DNA of 64,000 bases, taken from positions 1,545,780 to 1,609,779 of the forward strand of contig JAHDYR010000012.1 in assembly GCA_019828565.1 (NCBI GenBank), written 5' to 3'. Under the pieces are notes generated by a model. It ran no database searches. It saw nothing but the letters and a program-made list of their open reading frames with translations, and was not told the origin of the DNA. The translations under genes were made by a program, and so were the position numbers. Every line of letters begins with the position of its first letter. Within the stretch, counting starts at the first letter, position 1. The DNA comes from Carpediemonas membranifera BICM (lineage: Eukaryota; Protista; Fornicata). Positions 1 through 12,377 of this stretch are shown here, piece after piece.

Positions 1-1035
1 GTCGACGGCACGACCTATAAGTATATCCTCGTTGTAATAGACATGTGCTCACGTTGGACTGAGCTTGTCCCGCTCCAGACTACCCGAGCGGTCGAGACGT
101 CCAGGGCGTTTGTCAATAACTGGGTCCTCCGATACGGCGTACCGAAGGTACTGCAGACGGATGGAGGATCCCAGTTCGTCAACGCAGTCTTTAACGACCT
201 GAGTGCCCGACTCGGGTTTACAACGAGAAAGACGACGGCTCATCATCCCCAGTCGAATGGGTTAGTAGAGCGAGCGAATGTGTCGGTTAAGTCCATCCTG
301 ACAGCACGTCGTTACCAGTTTAGATCCAATGATTGGGTCCACAGCTTACCGATTGCCCAATACCTTGTTAACTCGACCCCTCGAGTCCCTACTCGACTCT
401 CCCCAGCCGAGATCCTGTATGGCACCGAGATGCGAGTGCCAAAGGACATTACCGTTATCGCGCCGGGTGAGACGTATATCGTTGACCAGCAAGAGGACTG
501 GCTGTCCGAGGCCAAGGCGCCCCGGCTCATGGCTGCCGAGCGCATTAAGAGCAAGCGGCTCCTACAGCAGTACAGGCCGGACGCCCGTGCCACGGTTTCG
601 ACTCCATACATCCTGGTGGCTTACCCCGATCGACCACCCGACAAATTCGCCGCCGGCCTGCGTGGCCCAATGGCACTAGTGTCGGTGCACCAGGAGTACA
701 ACAAGGTTGTTGCCTATACTGTGCGTGACCTTGAATCTCTGAAGCAGTTCAGGGTCGACGCTTCCCGGGTCCTCCCGTTCGATCACGGCGACATGTCCGT
801 GGAGCAAGTTACTCGCTTGGCTAACACTGTTGCGGCCGAGTATATACCGAGCAAGATTGTGAAGTCCCGGCCCGACTCCGGTCCGGTCGAGAATCGCGAA
901 TACTTGGTTGAGTGGCTGGGCTATGAGCCGGACGAAGCTTCGTGGGAGCCATTCGAGAATGTCGATGGCTGTGACAAGTTTGAGGACTTTCTTGAGCAGA
1001 GAGAACTACACCGTGCTGCGCACTCCAGGCAGTAA
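1..1035 (+). CDS. pol: C-terminal part of Pol: DDE integrase, GPY/F-like region and chromodomain (element B)
   Basis: Frame is open from base 1 (YILVVIDMCSRW). Motifs: TDGGSQF, HPQSNGLVERAN, and chromodomain EY..SKIV..REYLVEWLGY..SWEP. Confidence 0.95.
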   Translation, partial: VDGTTYKYILVVIDMCSRWTELVPLQTTRAVETSRAFVNNWVLRYGVPKVLQTDGGSQFVNAVFNDLSARLGFTTRKTTAHHPQSNGLVERANVSVKSILTARRYQFRSNDWVHSLPIAQYLVNSTPRVPTRLSPAEILYGTEMRVPKDITVIAPGETYIVDQQEDWLSEAKAPRLMAAERIKSKRLLQQYRPDARATVSTPYILVAYPDRPPDKFAAGLRGPMALVSVHQEYNKVVAYTVRDLESLKQFRVDASRVLPFDHGDMSVEQVTRLANTVAAEYIPSKIVKSRPDSGPVENREYLVEWLGYEPDEASWEPFENVDGCDKFEDFLEQRELHRAAHSRQ

Positions 1036-1092
1036 ACGGATTCTCAATCAAGATTTATTGGTAGTCGTCATCGGACTCGTCGTCAGGGCCCT

Positions 1093-4000
1093 TGAAGAGA
1101 GAATTCGTTTACTTGGGGAAATCCGCATGGTTGGACCAAAGGTCAATCGTGGTCAAACCCACGTCACTACCCCCTTCGACGAGAAAAACCCACCTGCTAA
1201 AGGAAGGGAAAAGAGGGTACTTAGTACTTGTCGAGGGACTTACGAGCTTTGCGTGCCTTACGCTTGATGATCTCGAGGTGCTTTATGGCACCGAGAGGCT
1301 CGTCGGTCAATTCATCGTAGCCTAGCCACTTGACCCGGGCTGAACCCTTTTTCCAGTCGATAGATACTATATCTTCGACTCTGTACTGCTCCTGATCCGA
1401 CTCAGCTAGCTGCCTCATAAGGTCTTCGCTAACATCAGTCTCGAACGAACTTCATCAGCTTGTCAATATGCGTAGCCTTGAGCCGGTTATCGCTTAGCGA
1501 CATGAGCTTAGCTCTGTTGTTAGGGAGTACCTCTACCACCTTCCACGGACCTGTGTGGGGTGTGTCAAGTTTTTGAGGGGCTTCGTTCTTCCAAAGAACG
1601 TAGTCCCCTGGCTCTAAGCCTGTGGTCTCGATCGGGCTCTGGTGAGGCCCTACTGCCTGTTTTGCCGCCTCTTCGAGGTTAGCCAGGGTGACCTTAAGGT
1701 TTTCGTAGAATCCTTTGTAGTCGAAGACGCCTAGCGTCTCTTCCGACCACAAAGTACTGTCCATTATGTTGTGTGGGTGGCCATAGACCAGCTCGTGGGG
1801 GGTAAATCCCGTGGCCGCCTGCAGTGTACCGTTGATTATCATCCGTACTGTTGGAAGTAGGGTCGACCAGTCGTCCTTAGGAGCGATAGAGAGAGCCATC
1901 CACCTTAGGTGTCTTGCTACCTCGGCGTTACGCCTCTCCGCCAGCCCATTGCTTTGTGGGTGGTAAGGTGTCGTGAAGTGACGGCTGACCCGTAGGGTGT
2001 CCGTCAACGCTTTGACTATCTGGTTTGCGTATTCTGGTCCGTTGTCTGACAGGAGCTCCTTAGGTAGCCCGTGCCTCGAGAATACGTTGTCCCATAGGGC
2101 TTGCGCGACGGTGTCTCCGTCGATGCTCGCTACCGGAATGAGTTCCGTGTATCGCGTGAACATATCCGTCGCTACAATGATGTAGCGGGCGCCCCTCTGA
2201 TCCTTCGGTAGAGGTCCCATGGAGTCGACCGCTACGGTCTCCCAGGGTGACGTTCTAGTCGACGACCCAGCCTCAGGCTGCAGATAGTTCTTGATCCTCG
2301 CCTTAAGGCAGATCGGGCATGTGCGAACAATCCGCTTGCAGTCTTGCAACATGCCTGGCCATGGTCCTCAGGCGCTGGTACGTAGCGTTGGTTCCACTAT
2401 GGAACTGGTGTGCGACCTTGAGGTACCGCGAGCGAATATCGCCTTCTGGTATAATGGGGACGGCGTCCTTCAAGTAAACGCCGTCCACCAGGGTTACTCC
2501 GTCGAGTTTCACCCAACCTTCCTTAGTAGACTCGGGCTGCTTGGCCTGGTCATCCCGAACCTCCTCTAAGGATGGTCCCAGGGTCGCTTCCCCCACGTCT
2601 AGCAGGTTCGCTTGTTCCTGGTTACCAGAAGGAATATCCCTCGACAGCATATCCGCCATCTTGTTTGACTCACCCGCAATATGCGTGATGGAGAAATTGT
2701 AGTCTGATAGAATCATAACCCATCTGAGCAGCTTTTTTTGAAAGTTCTTTTCTCTTCAAGAGATAGACTAAGTTCTGGTGATCAGTATGAATCTCGATCT
2801 CGTCTTTAAGACGGAAAAGCTGTGCCATGTCGGGACGAGTCAGACAGTAGATGATGGCGTGGAGTTCTTGCTCATATGTGGGCCAACGCGACTGAGCCGG
2901 CGTGTGGACACCTGCGAAGAAACTCACTAGTTGGCGATTTCCGCCGTCACTGTCCTCCTGGTACAGGATTCCCCTAGACCCTCATTCGACGCGTCCGTCT
3001 CGAGGATCCATCTCTTAGAGATGTCAGGGAAGCTTAGAACAGTGTCAGATGTAAGCTTAGCTTTGTAGGCTTCGAAAGCTTGGGTATGCTCGTCCGTCCA
3101 AAGGTCGGAGAGTGAGCCCTTGACCTTTAAGGCGGTGGTGAGTAGGTGGTTCAGGGGACGGAGTGTCCGAGCAGCGTCTTCGATGAACTGCGCAACGTAG
3201 TTGAATGAACCTAGCACCCTCTGGAGTGACTTAGCCGTCTCAGGGACGGGAATATCCCAGATCGCCTGTACACGCGATGGAGCCAGCTGCTTCCCTCTCT
3301 CAGAGACGATATAGCCTACGGCCTCCACGTGGTCCGTGCCGATTTTGCACTTGCCTGCTTTCAAGCGTAGCTTGTACTCGCGGCAGATGGAGAAGACTTT
3401 CTCCATCAGGGCGACGAACTCGTCCTCCGAGCGAGCATATACCATGATATCATCAAGGTATATGTCAGCTCTTTGTAATCTACGCAGAGTCTGATTTTCT
3501 GGGAGCCCTTGTGACCTTTCTTCACCACCACTATGGGGGAACTGTAAGGGCCTCGAGACTCACGGATAATCCCAGATCTCCAGAGTTCCTCGAGCTCGGT
3601 CGCTACAAGCGCCGCTGTCGCGTCGGCAAGGCCTCTAGCTCTCGCCTGGACAATGTCCCGCTCGTTTACGAGCTCTATAGTCATCTCCTCCAGGTTAGAC
3701 CCTTCTGCGGGGAGAGACTCTTCCCAAATATCGGGGAAAGCGGACACGAGCTCTTCGAGCTGGGGCTTTATCGCTGAGTCCGGAATATCCGGGTGGTTCT
3801 CTTCCACTTCAGCTGTGTTCAGGTCCTCGTCGAGGTATCTGTGAGTGAATGGAACCCACTCTGATTCGTCCTCTGAGCCTAGCTTCTCGAGGTTGAAGTT
3901 GAGTGTCTCATCGTCGATGAACTTGAGCGACCTAAGAAGGTCACAGCCCAATAGGACCTTAAAGGCTTCACCTGGAAGCACATAGAACTTCCAGGTCGTC

Positions 4001-5236
4001 GTAATGGGCACTGGGCCGAGCCGTTCTAGACGGAAGGTGAGCGTAGCTACTTGGTTCGTCCGAACCTTGTGGTTATCCCCTAGGGTCACAGTGATCCACT
4101 CTCCAGTGTCAACTGATACAGCGTCCCTGGGTAGCTGGCGTACAACCTTCTGGCTCATAAAGCATATACTTGCTCCAGTGTCGACAGTAAAAGAATACTC
4201 ACGGCCATTTATAGTTGCCGTGGTTGTCATGGGACCGGCAGACGAAGTCTGGGCCGCGTTGGCCTGAGCCTGGCGCTCCTCAGCGGCGAACTTCGGGTGC
4301 TGAGGGCAGCGGTAGTCCTTGTGCCAGCCCTGACAAAACTTGCAGGGTCTGGTAAGAGGCTGAGGAGCCTGCTGGCCCGAAGGGCGCTGACCCTGAGGTC
4401 TGGAGAGGTTGGGGCCCTGAGGGCGCTGGCTGTTGGCAGGATGCGTAGGGCCTCGGCCCACACGCTTGACGTGGCCGGCTGGAGCCGGGACGTGGGCCTT
4501 CGGGCCCCTGGGGGGACCCTGGCGGTCAAGGAACTTAGCCGCCTTGACCGCCGACTTGACTGTATCGTCGAAGGAGTCATCGCCCCATAGGAGCGAGATC
4601 CATCTCGTCTTAGTCTTCAGGGCCTTAGGCCGCTGGAGGGCGTCGATGAGCAGTCTGCTACAGAGCTGCTCAAAGCGGTGACGTCTGGAGGATACCTCCT
4701 CGTCCGTGGCGGCCTCGGGGAGGTCCTCGCCCGGAGGAAGGGGAGTCGAAGAGACGCATCCGGTTTCGGAAGCTGGCGACCAGCACACGGGTTGCTCGCT
4801 CGATAGAACCCATGGCGGTGCCGTTGGGGACATTACGGGTACTGTCCCAGTCAAGAGAGAGAGATGCTAGGTTATCTAGCAGGTCGATGACGTTGTCAGG
4901 AGTTACGAGCTTGCGCATCAGAGTGGAGAGTTGATCAAGGGTAGCTCTCGTGAAATCGACGTCGGGGTATTGTGCTTGAAGTTCTGTGATGTCTTCGAGT
5001 GACAAGAAGTCCGTGGGAGCAACCTTGCTGTTCGTTGCAAGGAAAATCCTGCCCATACGCTCAAAGGCGTCGATACTCTCGATGGTTGCATCTTTCAGCT
5101 TGATAGTGGGGTAATTACCTGTAACGGTGTTGATTGAAGTACTCATGAACTAGTTCTAGAACTGAAGAGAGAATTCGTTTACTTGGGGAAATCCGCATGG
5201 TTGGACCAAAGGTCAATCGTGGTCAAACCCACGTCA
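1093..5236 (-). mobile_element. Ty3/gypsy chromodomain LTR retrotransposon E2 (RT partly deleted)
   Basis: Identical 74-bp LTRs at 1093-1166 and 5163-5236 (TG..CA). 4-bp TSD CCCT at 1089-1092 and 5237-5240. PPT GAAGGGGGTAG lies next to the 3' LTR. Confidence 0.95.
1221..5146 (-). pseudogene. gag-pol: gag-pol of E2 (gag, Zn knuckle, protease, RT with internal deletion, RNase H, integrase, chromodomain)
   Basis: Zn knuckle CKFCQGWHKDYRC; protease VDTGAS. RLCVDYKEL joins almost directly to YLDD near 3465, so the RT core is missing. Also ETDAS, SDNGPEY, QSNGLAERRN and chromodomain RVKWLGY. Confidence 0.9.
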
Positions 5237-7054
5237 CCCTTGATCCAGTCCTCGAGCTCAAAGTCGATCAGATACTCGCGAGCCACGCTGACGGCAGCGA
5301 GGGTCTCGTCCAGACCAGTGCAGGTAGGGGCAGTGTAGCCCGCGTACTGAACGTGAAGAATGAGTCGGCGGTCGGATCCAGCCGTCAGGATCTCGTGACC
5401 CAGCACGTCAAGGACCTCGTACTCGCGCTCAGGGTCAGAGACCTGCATGGCCAGACCGAGCCGCTCCGGCAGGGACGGAAGCTCGTCCATGGCGCGGATG
5501 TTAGCGACCAGGGCGGCCCAGTGAGTGGCGGTGACTGAGACGTTCTCGCTACGCTCCCCCGTGGAGGAACAAGCGGTAGTAGTCTGGGGCGAGGGCCAAG
5601 ACGGCGACCCGGTACAGGGTGCGGCGGGCCAGGCTCTGGCCGCAGCCGAGAGCGCGGGAGAGCGAGAACAGGGTCTCCGGGGTGACGTACCTGTTTGAGC
5701 CGTTGCCCTTGAGATCGAAAACGCCGGCGTCAACGGCGTCGCGGACTATGCCGGAGTCGGTTTCGGCACGGCTGCGAGACGCCTCCCGCAGGAAGCGGAG
5801 CGCACGATGCTCTCGCTGGAGCTGGACCAGCAGGCCGGCTGACAGATCGAGCAAGCCGCCTGCGTCCTTGCTCCACAGCGTGCCGGTGGAGAGGTGATCG
5901 AAGATCCCCTCGAGGGGCACCTCAACGAAGTTAACGTAGCCAGCCAAGCACCGTCGAACCACATCGGCGAGCTGGTCTGCCTGCTTCGTGAAGCACCCCT
6001 CCATCACACCCCCCACCGGCACACGGCAGAGCTCCCGAGCGGAAGTTGCCGGCACGGTGAAGATCCTAGGTAAGAAGAATAGAGGCGCACAAACCGCATC
6101 ATGGGCATCTGGGAGGCATTCCCGCCGCTCTTGCGGATGGCCCTCTTCTGCAGGGCGCTCATCGTGCGGGCCTTATAGCGTTGCGTCCGAGCAATCGTCG
6201 CAAGGGCATTTTTCGAGCACCTTGCGATAATCGTCATCAGTTAACTCCATCGAAAGCTCACGAATTTGGTCGAGCGCACGCGTATCCGCCATGTTTGGCC
6301 GCTTTTCCTCAGGAAAAAGCGACATATCCTGCACTTTTCCCAAATGACGAATGGAAGTGCCCATAGTGATCCCCATGACGGACTATTCACAATATTTATA
6401 TCTCAAACACAGTCCACGAGACTTCTACCGTCCGTGGAGCAGTGCTTATGATGTTGGTTAACTTTCGGTACAGCGCAGAACAAAAAGAGCCAGAACTCGC
6501 CAACGAAGCCGAATTGGGGCTCGAAAACCCCTTTTCGGGCACTGTGTAAGAATGGGGCGGATCAGCCCAACGTACCAGAACTTTCTGTATGAGCGATGGC
6601 GAAATGCCTAAAAATGCTCGGGGCCAGAATTCCCGAGTCGAGCGCGAGCCCCAGAGTGCCCGCGAGGGGGCGGGGCTGTGGTACGTCCTTTTTATACTTA
6701 TACAGGAGCTCCTGAACCCATATCTTAATTAGCAGCGCTGCATAGATCTTTTCCGAATCTTTTTGATATCATCCTCGAATCTTTCGGTCACACCTTACTA
6801 CGCGTAATACCTCACCTGGAGGTTGCAATAAGACGTAATCCCAGAAGTTGGTTGTCGTTATCCCGTCGATAATTCCAATAGTGGTTCGGCATGAGCGAGC
6901 GTAATCCCAAGTTCGATTGGTGGCTCTGTCAGCCATTTATATATGAGATACGTATTTGATACGGTCTTGATCCGTCCAGCTCGACACCCTTGTGTCGAGC
7001 TCTCTTTGTAAAGTCTTTTTCCTTAGTGATCACAGTAAGCTTACTTCCAAACTA

Positions 7055-8023
7055 ATGGATAAGGGACCTTTATGTACACAGCCTGAGATTCACGCAGTCC
7101 TCTCATTTGCCGAGAAATTGGATAAGCATGTTCGCGCGGGCGGAAAGAGGCGCTTGCTTAAGCGACTCGGACCCGCGGTGACCTCATACTGCAAGGCGAT
7201 GGGTACTGATATTACCAGAAAGTATCAGGCCGCAAAACATCACGATGATGGCTCCAAAAGAACGAAGCACGAACGCGAGGACATCGTATTCCAGGCGATT
7301 GTGGACATTGTTAAGCCCTCCGATGCGATCCTTGAGCGCCGCCTTTTCGACCTATCGACCACTGGTATCGATATTGGCCGCCTATCTCTCTATATCGACC
7401 GCTTCGCTTCCCGCCGCCGTCTCATTGCACCCACGGGCAAGGATTCAGTCCTTCGCGGCCAGTTTTTGCGCGGAATCCAAGACGAAACGCTCAGAGAGGA
7501 GGTTTCTCACGCCTCCAAGGGTCTGTCACTTGACGCGACCTTTTCGACCGCCCTCCTGACATGTAAGCGTCTGGAGGAAGCAATCAAGCTCACTTCAACG
7601 TCCAAGCCTGCCCCTGCTCAAGAGCGCGAACGCTCTAAGCAGTCCGCTGTCCGCAAACGCCCCCCGCGTGAGCAGCGCGAGCCTCAGGATCAGCCGCGCC
7701 AAGACAAGCGGCAGCAACACCAGCCCCGCCAGTATCAGACGCACTTCCACCAGCAAGGCCAACGTCACGGTCAGCGTCAGCAGCAGACGCAACACCACGG
7801 TCACCAGCGAGACATCGTATGCTTTAACTGCGGCAGGCCGAACCACCGCGCTTTCGAATGCACCAGAGAGAAGGCCGTGTGCGCGAAGTGCGGCAAGTCG
7901 GGGCACCTAGACAAGTTCTGTCAGGTAAACCCCAGATCATGCTTCTCTGTCTCTGTTTCTACGTCGGCGGCTGAAGGCCAGCGCTCCCCTACCCGTCGTG
8001 AGTGCCGTCGTCCCTATGGGTAG
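7055..8023 (+). CDS. gag: Gag of E3 (two CCHC zinc knuckles)
   Basis: ATG at 7055, 20 nt after the LTR. QFLRGI (MHR-like), CFNCGRPNHRAFEC and CAKCGKSGHLDKFC. Probably one ORF with pol, shifted at a C-run near 7986-7990. Confidence 0.9.
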   Translation: MDKGPLCTQPEIHAVLSFAEKLDKHVRAGGKRRLLKRLGPAVTSYCKAMGTDITRKYQAAKHHDDGSKRTKHEREDIVFQAIVDIVKPSDAILERRLFDLSTTGIDIGRLSLYIDRFASRRRLIAPTGKDSVLRGQFLRGIQDETLREEVSHASKGLSLDATFSTALLTCKRLEEAIKLTSTSKPAPAQERERSKQSAVRKRPPREQREPQDQPRQDKRQQHQPRQYQTHFHQQGQRHGQRQQQTQHHGHQRDIVCFNCGRPNHRAFECTREKAVCAKCGKSGHLDKFCQVNPRSCFSVSVSTSAAEGQRSPTRRECRRPYG

Positions 8024-11018
8024 CGACGAATCTACCACATGGCACCGTGTCTTATTCGACTGTGGTGCTGACATTTCTCTTGTCAACCCGGCTTCCGCCA
8101 GAGCGGCCGAGCTCATTCCGACGAAGCTCGCTGCACCCATTAAGATCAAGACTCCGGGTGGAACGATCGAGACTGATACGTGTTATGAGGTGCCGTTGAA
8201 GATGTGTAAGTCACCTTTCACCCCGAAAGGTCTATCCACCACAGTCTCCGCGTATGGGGTTGACTGTGCTTATGATCTCCTCTTGTCATATCAGACCATG
8301 GTCGAGTGGGGTATTCTCCCCAGCTTGTGTGAACCGTCTCAGTCTGACAATGAAGACGCCTTGGAGCCTTTCGTGCCAGAGCCTGAGCCGCTCCAGGCGT
8401 ATACTCTGTCTTCGGACTACACTCTCACTCATGACCGCATCCTCGCAGCTTATGCTCATTGCTTTGATGCTAGAGAAGGGTTCTCAGCATTAGAGCCATA
8501 CGACCTCGTACTCAAGGAGGACCGCGTCGTCGCCACGAGATCCAATTACATACCGTACCAGAAGCAGGGCCTGTTCGACGAGCACGTCAACGAACTACTG
8601 TCGAAGAAATACATCGAGGCCAGCTTCTCGCCATACTCTTCTCCAGCATTGCTCGTCCCCAAGGGCAAGGACAAGACCAGGATGGTCGTAGACTTCCGCA
8701 GAATCAATGATTTGACCACGCCATTCGACTATCCGATCCCCGAGGTTAACACGTGCTTGACCAGGCTTGCTGGTGCCAAGGTCTTCGCCACTCTCGACCT
8801 CTCGAAAGGGTATCACCAGGTCGAGCTGACCGAGCGTTCTAGGCAATACACGGCGTTTATGACCCCCCGTGGGAAGTTCCAATACACCGGAATGCCGTTC
8901 GGCCTGAAGAACGCTGGCGCGCACTTTCAGTACGCGATTGAGCGCGGGTTCCAGGACCTCTTAGGCGACGCCTGCATTATATATATAGATGACATTATCA
9001 TCTTTGGACGCTCGGAGCAGGAATATCTGGCCAACCTCGCTAAGGTGCTCCGCCGATGTGACGAGCTCAAGCTATCGTTGAACAAGGAGAAGTCGCATTT
9101 CGGCCTAGCCGAAGTGGAGTTCCTAGGATGGGTTGTGTCCGGCTCGGGTTTCCGGATTGCTCCAGACAGGATCCGCGATGTAGAAGGCCTGCGGCTACCG
9201 AAGACGAAGAAGGCCACGCAGGCCCTTATGGGATTCCTCAACTTTATGAGAGACTTTGTTCCTAACTTCTCCGAGCTTATCCGACCGTTAGCCCGGGCGG
9301 CAAGCGGCAAGGAGGCTCCGGACGGATTACCTCAGGCAGAGGCGCTGGCCAAGGTTAAGGACCGCCTCTGCCACGCACCGGCACTCGAGCACTTTGACGT
9401 TTCGAAGGATCATGTGGTCATGACAGACGCGTCTGATCTCGGGATCGGGGGTGTTCTCCTCCAGGACGGCAAGCCGGTGTGTTATATGTCCCACGCGTTC
9501 TCAGATGTGCAGACGCGTTGGAGCACGATCGAACAGGAAGCGTATGCGATTGTCACCGCCCTCCAGAGGTGGCGCCGTTTCCTGTGCTGGACGTCGTTTA
9601 CTCTCCTCACTGACCACCGGAACCTGGTCTACATGTCACGATCGTCTAACGCAAAAGTCCAGCGTTGGTACGAGTCAATCGCAGACCTAGACTTCACAGT
9701 GAAGCATGTGGCCGGGGTTGACAACGGAGCGGCGGACGGGCTGAGTCGAGTCTTCTCCGCAACTGCCAGACAGGCAACAGCTACCGATGACGAGATCCAG
9801 GCAGCTCATATGCACGGCCAGGCCCACCTCCCGGTTTATACGACGGTAGAGTGGCTGAGATCTAACGGGCTCCGGGCTCCAGTGGATAGGGTAGCGCGGG
9901 TCATGGATCGTTGCCCCGTGTGCCAACTTACCGCCAAGCCGGCCGAGGCGTCCAGACCGTACCTCCACACGGCGAGCCTGCGACCGTTCCAGCGGGTAGC
10001 CATGGATACTATTGGCCCCCTACCAGAGTCTCGCGGGAACAAGTTCATCTTAGTTATTATTGATATGGCCTCGCGGTGGACCGAGCTCGTCCCACTCAAG
10101 TCCACAAGGGCGGACGAAGCTGTGACTGCCTTCGTCAACGGATGGATTCTCCGGTACGGCGTGCCCAGAGTTCTACAGACAGACGGTGGCAAGCAGTTCG
10201 TCAACAAGCTATTCACAGATCTATCGGTGCGCGTAGGGTTTGCTACTCACGTCACCACCCCGTACCATCCACAGTCAAACGGCATTGTGGAACGGGCGAA
10301 CAGCCGCATTGAGCGCATTTTACGCAACAGGCAATACCAGCTTCGGAGCGAGTTGTGGTCAGACTCCCTCCCTGTCGCGCAGTATATCGTCAACGCGTCT
10401 CCCCACACCGCGACACGCTTAACACCGGCCGAGGTCATCTTCGGTAGCGATTTCCGTGTCCCGGCAGACGTGATGATGGCAGACGTCCAGAGTATGGCTG
10501 GACAGCCCAGCAGTAATGTTCAAGCAGCTCAGTTAGCCCGAGACTTGGCAGAGGCGAGAATCAAGGTCATGCACCAAGATGCGCTAGACAAAGTGTCAGC
10601 AACGACACCTATCTCGTCCGACTATGTGTTGGTCAAGTACCCGAATGGACCGCCGTCCAAGTTGGCGTCAGGATGGCGAGGGCCTATGAAGCTAGTGCGT
10701 CCTATCGTGAGGCAGAACCTCACGGTGGGCTATGTCGTCAAGGATGTCAACACAAAGAAGGAGTTCCAAGTCGCCTCGGAGAGAGTTCGCGCCTTTATGG
10801 GTGAGTTGTCCGAGCAACGGGCTCAGGAACTCGCGGCAGTCACGCTCGGTGAATATCTGGTCGAGTCCATACTAGAGTCGACGAGTGAGGCCAGGATGAG
10901 AGACAGGAAGTTCCGGGTTAGATGGCTGGGATATGAGCCGTCAGAGGACACATGGGAACCATATGGGAATGTCAAGGGTTGTGAAGCACTGGATGTATTC
11001 CTGGGAAGGGCCAAGTAA
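7998..11018 (+). CDS. pol: Pol of E3: protease, RT, RNase H, integrase, chromodomain
   Basis: FDCGAD, MPFGLKNA, YIDD, MTDAS, DGLSR, TDGG, QSNGIVERAN, FRVRWLGY..TWEP. Confidence 0.97.
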   Translation: MSAVVPMGSDESTTWHRVLFDCGADISLVNPASARAAELIPTKLAAPIKIKTPGGTIETDTCYEVPLKMCKSPFTPKGLSTTVSAYGVDCAYDLLLSYQTMVEWGILPSLCEPSQSDNEDALEPFVPEPEPLQAYTLSSDYTLTHDRILAAYAHCFDAREGFSALEPYDLVLKEDRVVATRSNYIPYQKQGLFDEHVNELLSKKYIEASFSPYSSPALLVPKGKDKTRMVVDFRRINDLTTPFDYPIPEVNTCLTRLAGAKVFATLDLSKGYHQVELTERSRQYTAFMTPRGKFQYTGMPFGLKNAGAHFQYAIERGFQDLLGDACIIYIDDIIIFGRSEQEYLANLAKVLRRCDELKLSLNKEKSHFGLAEVEFLGWVVSGSGFRIAPDRIRDVEGLRLPKTKKATQALMGFLNFMRDFVPNFSELIRPLARAASGKEAPDGLPQAEALAKVKDRLCHAPALEHFDVSKDHVVMTDASDLGIGGVLLQDGKPVCYMSHAFSDVQTRWSTIEQEAYAIVTALQRWRRFLCWTSFTLLTDHRNLVYMSRSSNAKVQRWYESIADLDFTVKHVAGVDNGAADGLSRVFSATARQATATDDEIQAAHMHGQAHLPVYTTVEWLRSNGLRAPVDRVARVMDRCPVCQLTAKPAEASRPYLHTASLRPFQRVAMDTIGPLPESRGNKFILVIIDMASRWTELVPLKSTRADEAVTAFVNGWILRYGVPRVLQTDGGKQFVNKLFTDLSVRVGFATHVTTPYHPQSNGIVERANSRIERILRNRQYQLRSELWSDSLPVAQYIVNASPHTATRLTPAEVIFGSDFRVPADVMMADVQSMAGQPSSNVQAAQLARDLAEARIKVMHQDALDKVSATTPISSDYVLVKYPNGPPSKLASGWRGPMKLVRPIVRQNLTVGYVVKDVNTKKEFQVASERVRAFMGELSEQRAQELAAVTLGEYLVESILESTSEARMRDRKFRVRWLGYEPSEDTWEPYGNVKGCEALDVFLGRAK

Positions 11019-11047
11019 ATGGCGCCCAGAGAGAGTCACAATCTGAT

Positions 11048-12377
11048 TTATTCAATGGCACCAAGGCTGTCACCAAGCTCAAAGAAGATGCCGTCATGCT
11101 CCCAGCGCCGACGAACACGACGCCATAAGTTATGCTCGTTGAGATAACGAGTGACAGGCATGGTGCGGCAAAAGATCCTGGGTCAGGAAGGTCAGTGACG
11201 GCAGCGGATAGCCCGAAAACTGGACGAGCAGGATGAACGACTCCTCCTGGCGGGCGTTCTCGTAGAGCTCGATGTGCTCTTTGACCTCCACCACACCGTA
11301 CGCGGCGGACGTGTCCGTGAGCTGGAGCGTGAACAGCTCCTTGTTCATGGCAAGCTCCATAGCCGGGAGATGCTCAAGCCGGACACAGGTCCAATAGGCC
11401 CGAACGAAGTCGCGGGAGTGGGTGGCGGTCAGGCGCGAGGCACCGCGGTTCTCAGCCGCCATAAGCAGCGAGAACATGGCTGGGTGTCGGCCTGCCATCA
11501 CCACGCGCTTGAAGAGGTCCACCACCACATCACGAGAGACCGTGGCACCCGGCTCTCGAGTGCGCTTCAGCGCCAGGAGGGCTCCCTCAGCTGTGGCGAC
11601 GTGGTTTGTGGCAAACCGGTCGCTCGTCCCGCCCTGGACCAGAGCCGCGGCTACGGCGCGAGTGTCTTGGACACCCTCCATGGAGCGCTGGAGAGCGCAC
11701 CCGATGGCCGTCACCTCCGCGAACCGACGAAGGATGTCGGCAGAGACGTAAGCAGCCGTGACCTCGGTCATAGCGCTGCCGAAGAGCTTCCCGGTCTGAA
11801 CTCGGTCGAGGAGGGCTGTGAAATTGACTTCGAAGCAGTTGGAGAAGCGAGCAGTGCTGATCTCCGCAAAGGTGGTGCGGAAGGTCTCGACCTGACGCTG
11901 CTCGCGTGCCGGAAGAGGTTCGGCGGGCTCGGTCGGCTCGGCGACGGTCACAATAGCCCTAGGGGTTTCGACATTGGCGCGGTAGCGGGTCTGTCGGTGG
12001 AATGGGCGGACAGGGACCTCTACGACACGCTGGTTGAACTCAGCGCCCAGCTCACTCGTGCGGGTGATTGTGGTCTGAGCAGATTCGGGATGGCAGTCGG
12101 TGATGTGCCGTCCGGAGCGTCGAGGTCGGAGAACGGTGCGATCGGGAGCTGAACCAGCTTCTTGGTGCGAAATGGCATCACCATCGGTGTTCTCAGCGGT
12201 GTTTTCAGTGGATGGAGGCGTGTGAGAACCTTCAGTAGCTTCCTGGGAGCCGTCACCATTCAGCAGCTCGACATGCTTTCGCTTCAAGGCCTGAAGATCG
12301 GAGATGAGCACACCAGTAGGATTGGCCGTCATATACTGGTCGATTGCAGCAAAGAGTTCCTCCTCTACGTTTGTCAT
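11048..12377 (-). CDS. Antisense accessory protein of E3, C-terminal chromodomain-like
   Basis: MTNVEEEL... through AYGVVEVKEH..LLVQFSGYP. Correcting one T-run extends it to ..RYLNEHNLW..AIE-TAA (11048), convergent with the pol stop. Homologous to the accessory ORFs of B and A. Confidence 0.82.

Larger units (their letters stand above)
1055..6292 (-). pseudogene. Antisense accessory gene of element B (intron 6066-6094, C-terminal chromodomain-like), interrupted by E2
   Basis: MADTRALDQ at 6292, then a 29-nt intron GTTTGT..CTTACCTAG. ORFs 5549-6055 and 5179-5733 join after single homopolymer corrections. Removing E2 restores ..EDWIKG|PDDESDDDYQ-TAA (1055). Homologous to ORFs at 11048-12377, 13511-14380 and 35937-36130. 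Confidence 0.8.

Noticed and set aside
6677-6714. 28-bp TG..CA 'mini-LTR' between a purine tract and the palindrome CAGGAGCTCCTG
   Set aside because: No second copy or TSD, and the position matches the conserved regulatory block of E3 and A. Left unresolved rather than called an LTR.
7980-8023. Programmed gag-pol frameshift in E3 (and the shifts in E2, E4 and the accessory genes)
   Set aside because: The shifts fall in homopolymer runs, and the same kind of 1-bp shift occurs in a host gene (~57020). Sequencing or assembly indels are more likely; read-level checking is needed.
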